64,000 bases of DNA from the human T2T-CHM13v2.0 reference genome, Homo sapiens. The translations under genes and the position numbers were made by a program. The notes under the pieces were generated by a model. The model made no database searches. It saw only the letters and a program-made list of their open reading frames with translations, and was not told the origin of the DNA. The stretch is taken from the NCBI RefSeq assembly GCF_009914755.1, contig NC_060933.1; one strand, written 5' to 3'. Below, one piece after another: positions 62,909-64,000 of the stretch (positions are counted from its first letter, which is position 1; each line of letters begins with the position of its first letter).

Positions 62909-64000
62909 ATGACTGAAGGACGGAGCTATAGGACTCAAAAGACCCTGGTCTTGAAGCCAGAAAGACCTGGCTTTGCCAGTAGCATGGTATTTCAATTAAG
63001 TATGATTAAACACTCTTCGAGGGAATAGAAAGGGGAAGGAAGAATGGAGATGGATCATTTGTTTCATGCCTTTTACTTACATGTAAGGAATTATGAGCAG
63101 GTGCCTATGGATTTTGGAATATGCTTCTCTAACACTATAAAAATTAGAAAGTGAAACTTATAGCCACAAATGTCCATTTAAAATTTCTAATGACAATGGA
63201 AGAAATTATTTAGACTCTCTCCTAAACTATTACACCATACATCCTTGCAAAACATTTTTTTTCATTTTGCCCAACCTCCACTCCTGTCATTCCACCACTC
63301 CTATAGTATCTAAAATATAGTTTCTTTTAGAGAGATTGGTGCACCACTCAACTTGTCAGCTTGAGGGCTTTGAATGGTGTTTTCTTTTTTTTTTTTTAAT
63401 TTCATGGCAAGCTGACTTACAAGTGACTCAACTGTAAGCTAAGACTTATTAATAGCATGGTTTAACCACCAAAGATAATGAATTCAAACAATGTTACTTA
63501 CAGCCTTTAATGTCACAGCCCCTAAAAACATTGAAATGTACATTTTTCACCTGCTAGTCATCTTCAGTATTCTGGAGAGGAAATATTCTTTCCTGTCCTT
63601 ACAGTGGTTGTATATCTTAAAAGACGACTATATGACACTTGAATATTGATATTCAACCTTAACCAAAGCAGTCACAAGAATACAAGCCATTGACCTCTGG
63701 CCTTTTAGATATGTTCCCAACAAGTTCATGTGTACCCAATGAAAAATGTTAAATAAACTGATAAACTTTAAACATTTAAAAATATTTTATTTATTTACTT
63801 GCCACAGCTAGATAAGAGGAACTGGGTTAATTTTGAAACTCTCAGCTTCCTTTCCTCTAAACCAGTAGCTATTGCTGGCCACTAGTATGTTGTTTCCTTT
63901 GCAGGAAGTTGCAAAAATGAGAAAGAAAAAAACGAAAAACAAAACCAAGTTGGTATTATTTTTAGCTTTCTTCTTATTTGGATATAGCTACAGTTCTTTT

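Overview
Human/hominoid genomic DNA with no intact protein-coding gene. It looks like a mosaic segmental-duplication block of the kind found in pericentromeric, acrocentric and subtelomeric regions, built from sequence related to the 4q35 FSHD region. (A) 1-20385 is nested L1/Alu/LTR debris. (B) 20389-26092 is a GC/CpG-rich island: two degenerate tandem 5S rDNA units (one near-full-length 5S pseudogene with an exact D-box, one 18-nt stub, and a solo LTR2 in the first spacer) fused to an inverted D4Z4 fragment. That fragment keeps only the 3' half of DUX4 (activation domain, no homeoboxes). (C) 26093-32445 is a 5'-truncated Tigger1, Alus, old L1 and a ~1.9-kb CA-rich array. (D) ~32450-47600 is an unprocessed FRG1 pseudogene (minus strand, exons 6-9 only; exon 8 frameshift, mutated exon 9 acceptor) plus its downstream flank. 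The flank holds a ~300-bp inverted repeat, a 75-bp VNTR and a tailless internal L1 insertion with a TSD. (E) ~47680-64000 is a repeat-rich block with MaLR LTRs and a complete THE1 element. Nearly all listed ORFs are L1/Alu/LTR remnants or GC-rich/low-complexity artefacts. I cannot support a new biological system. The best leads are a possible MST-LTR-driven chimeric FRG1 exon 6-9 transcript, an Alu-less 5S rDNA unit, a homeodomain-less DUX4 relic and several unusual repair/insertion scars. Repeat subfamily calls and comparisons with parent genes are from recalled consensus sequences, and boundaries of old repeats are approximate.
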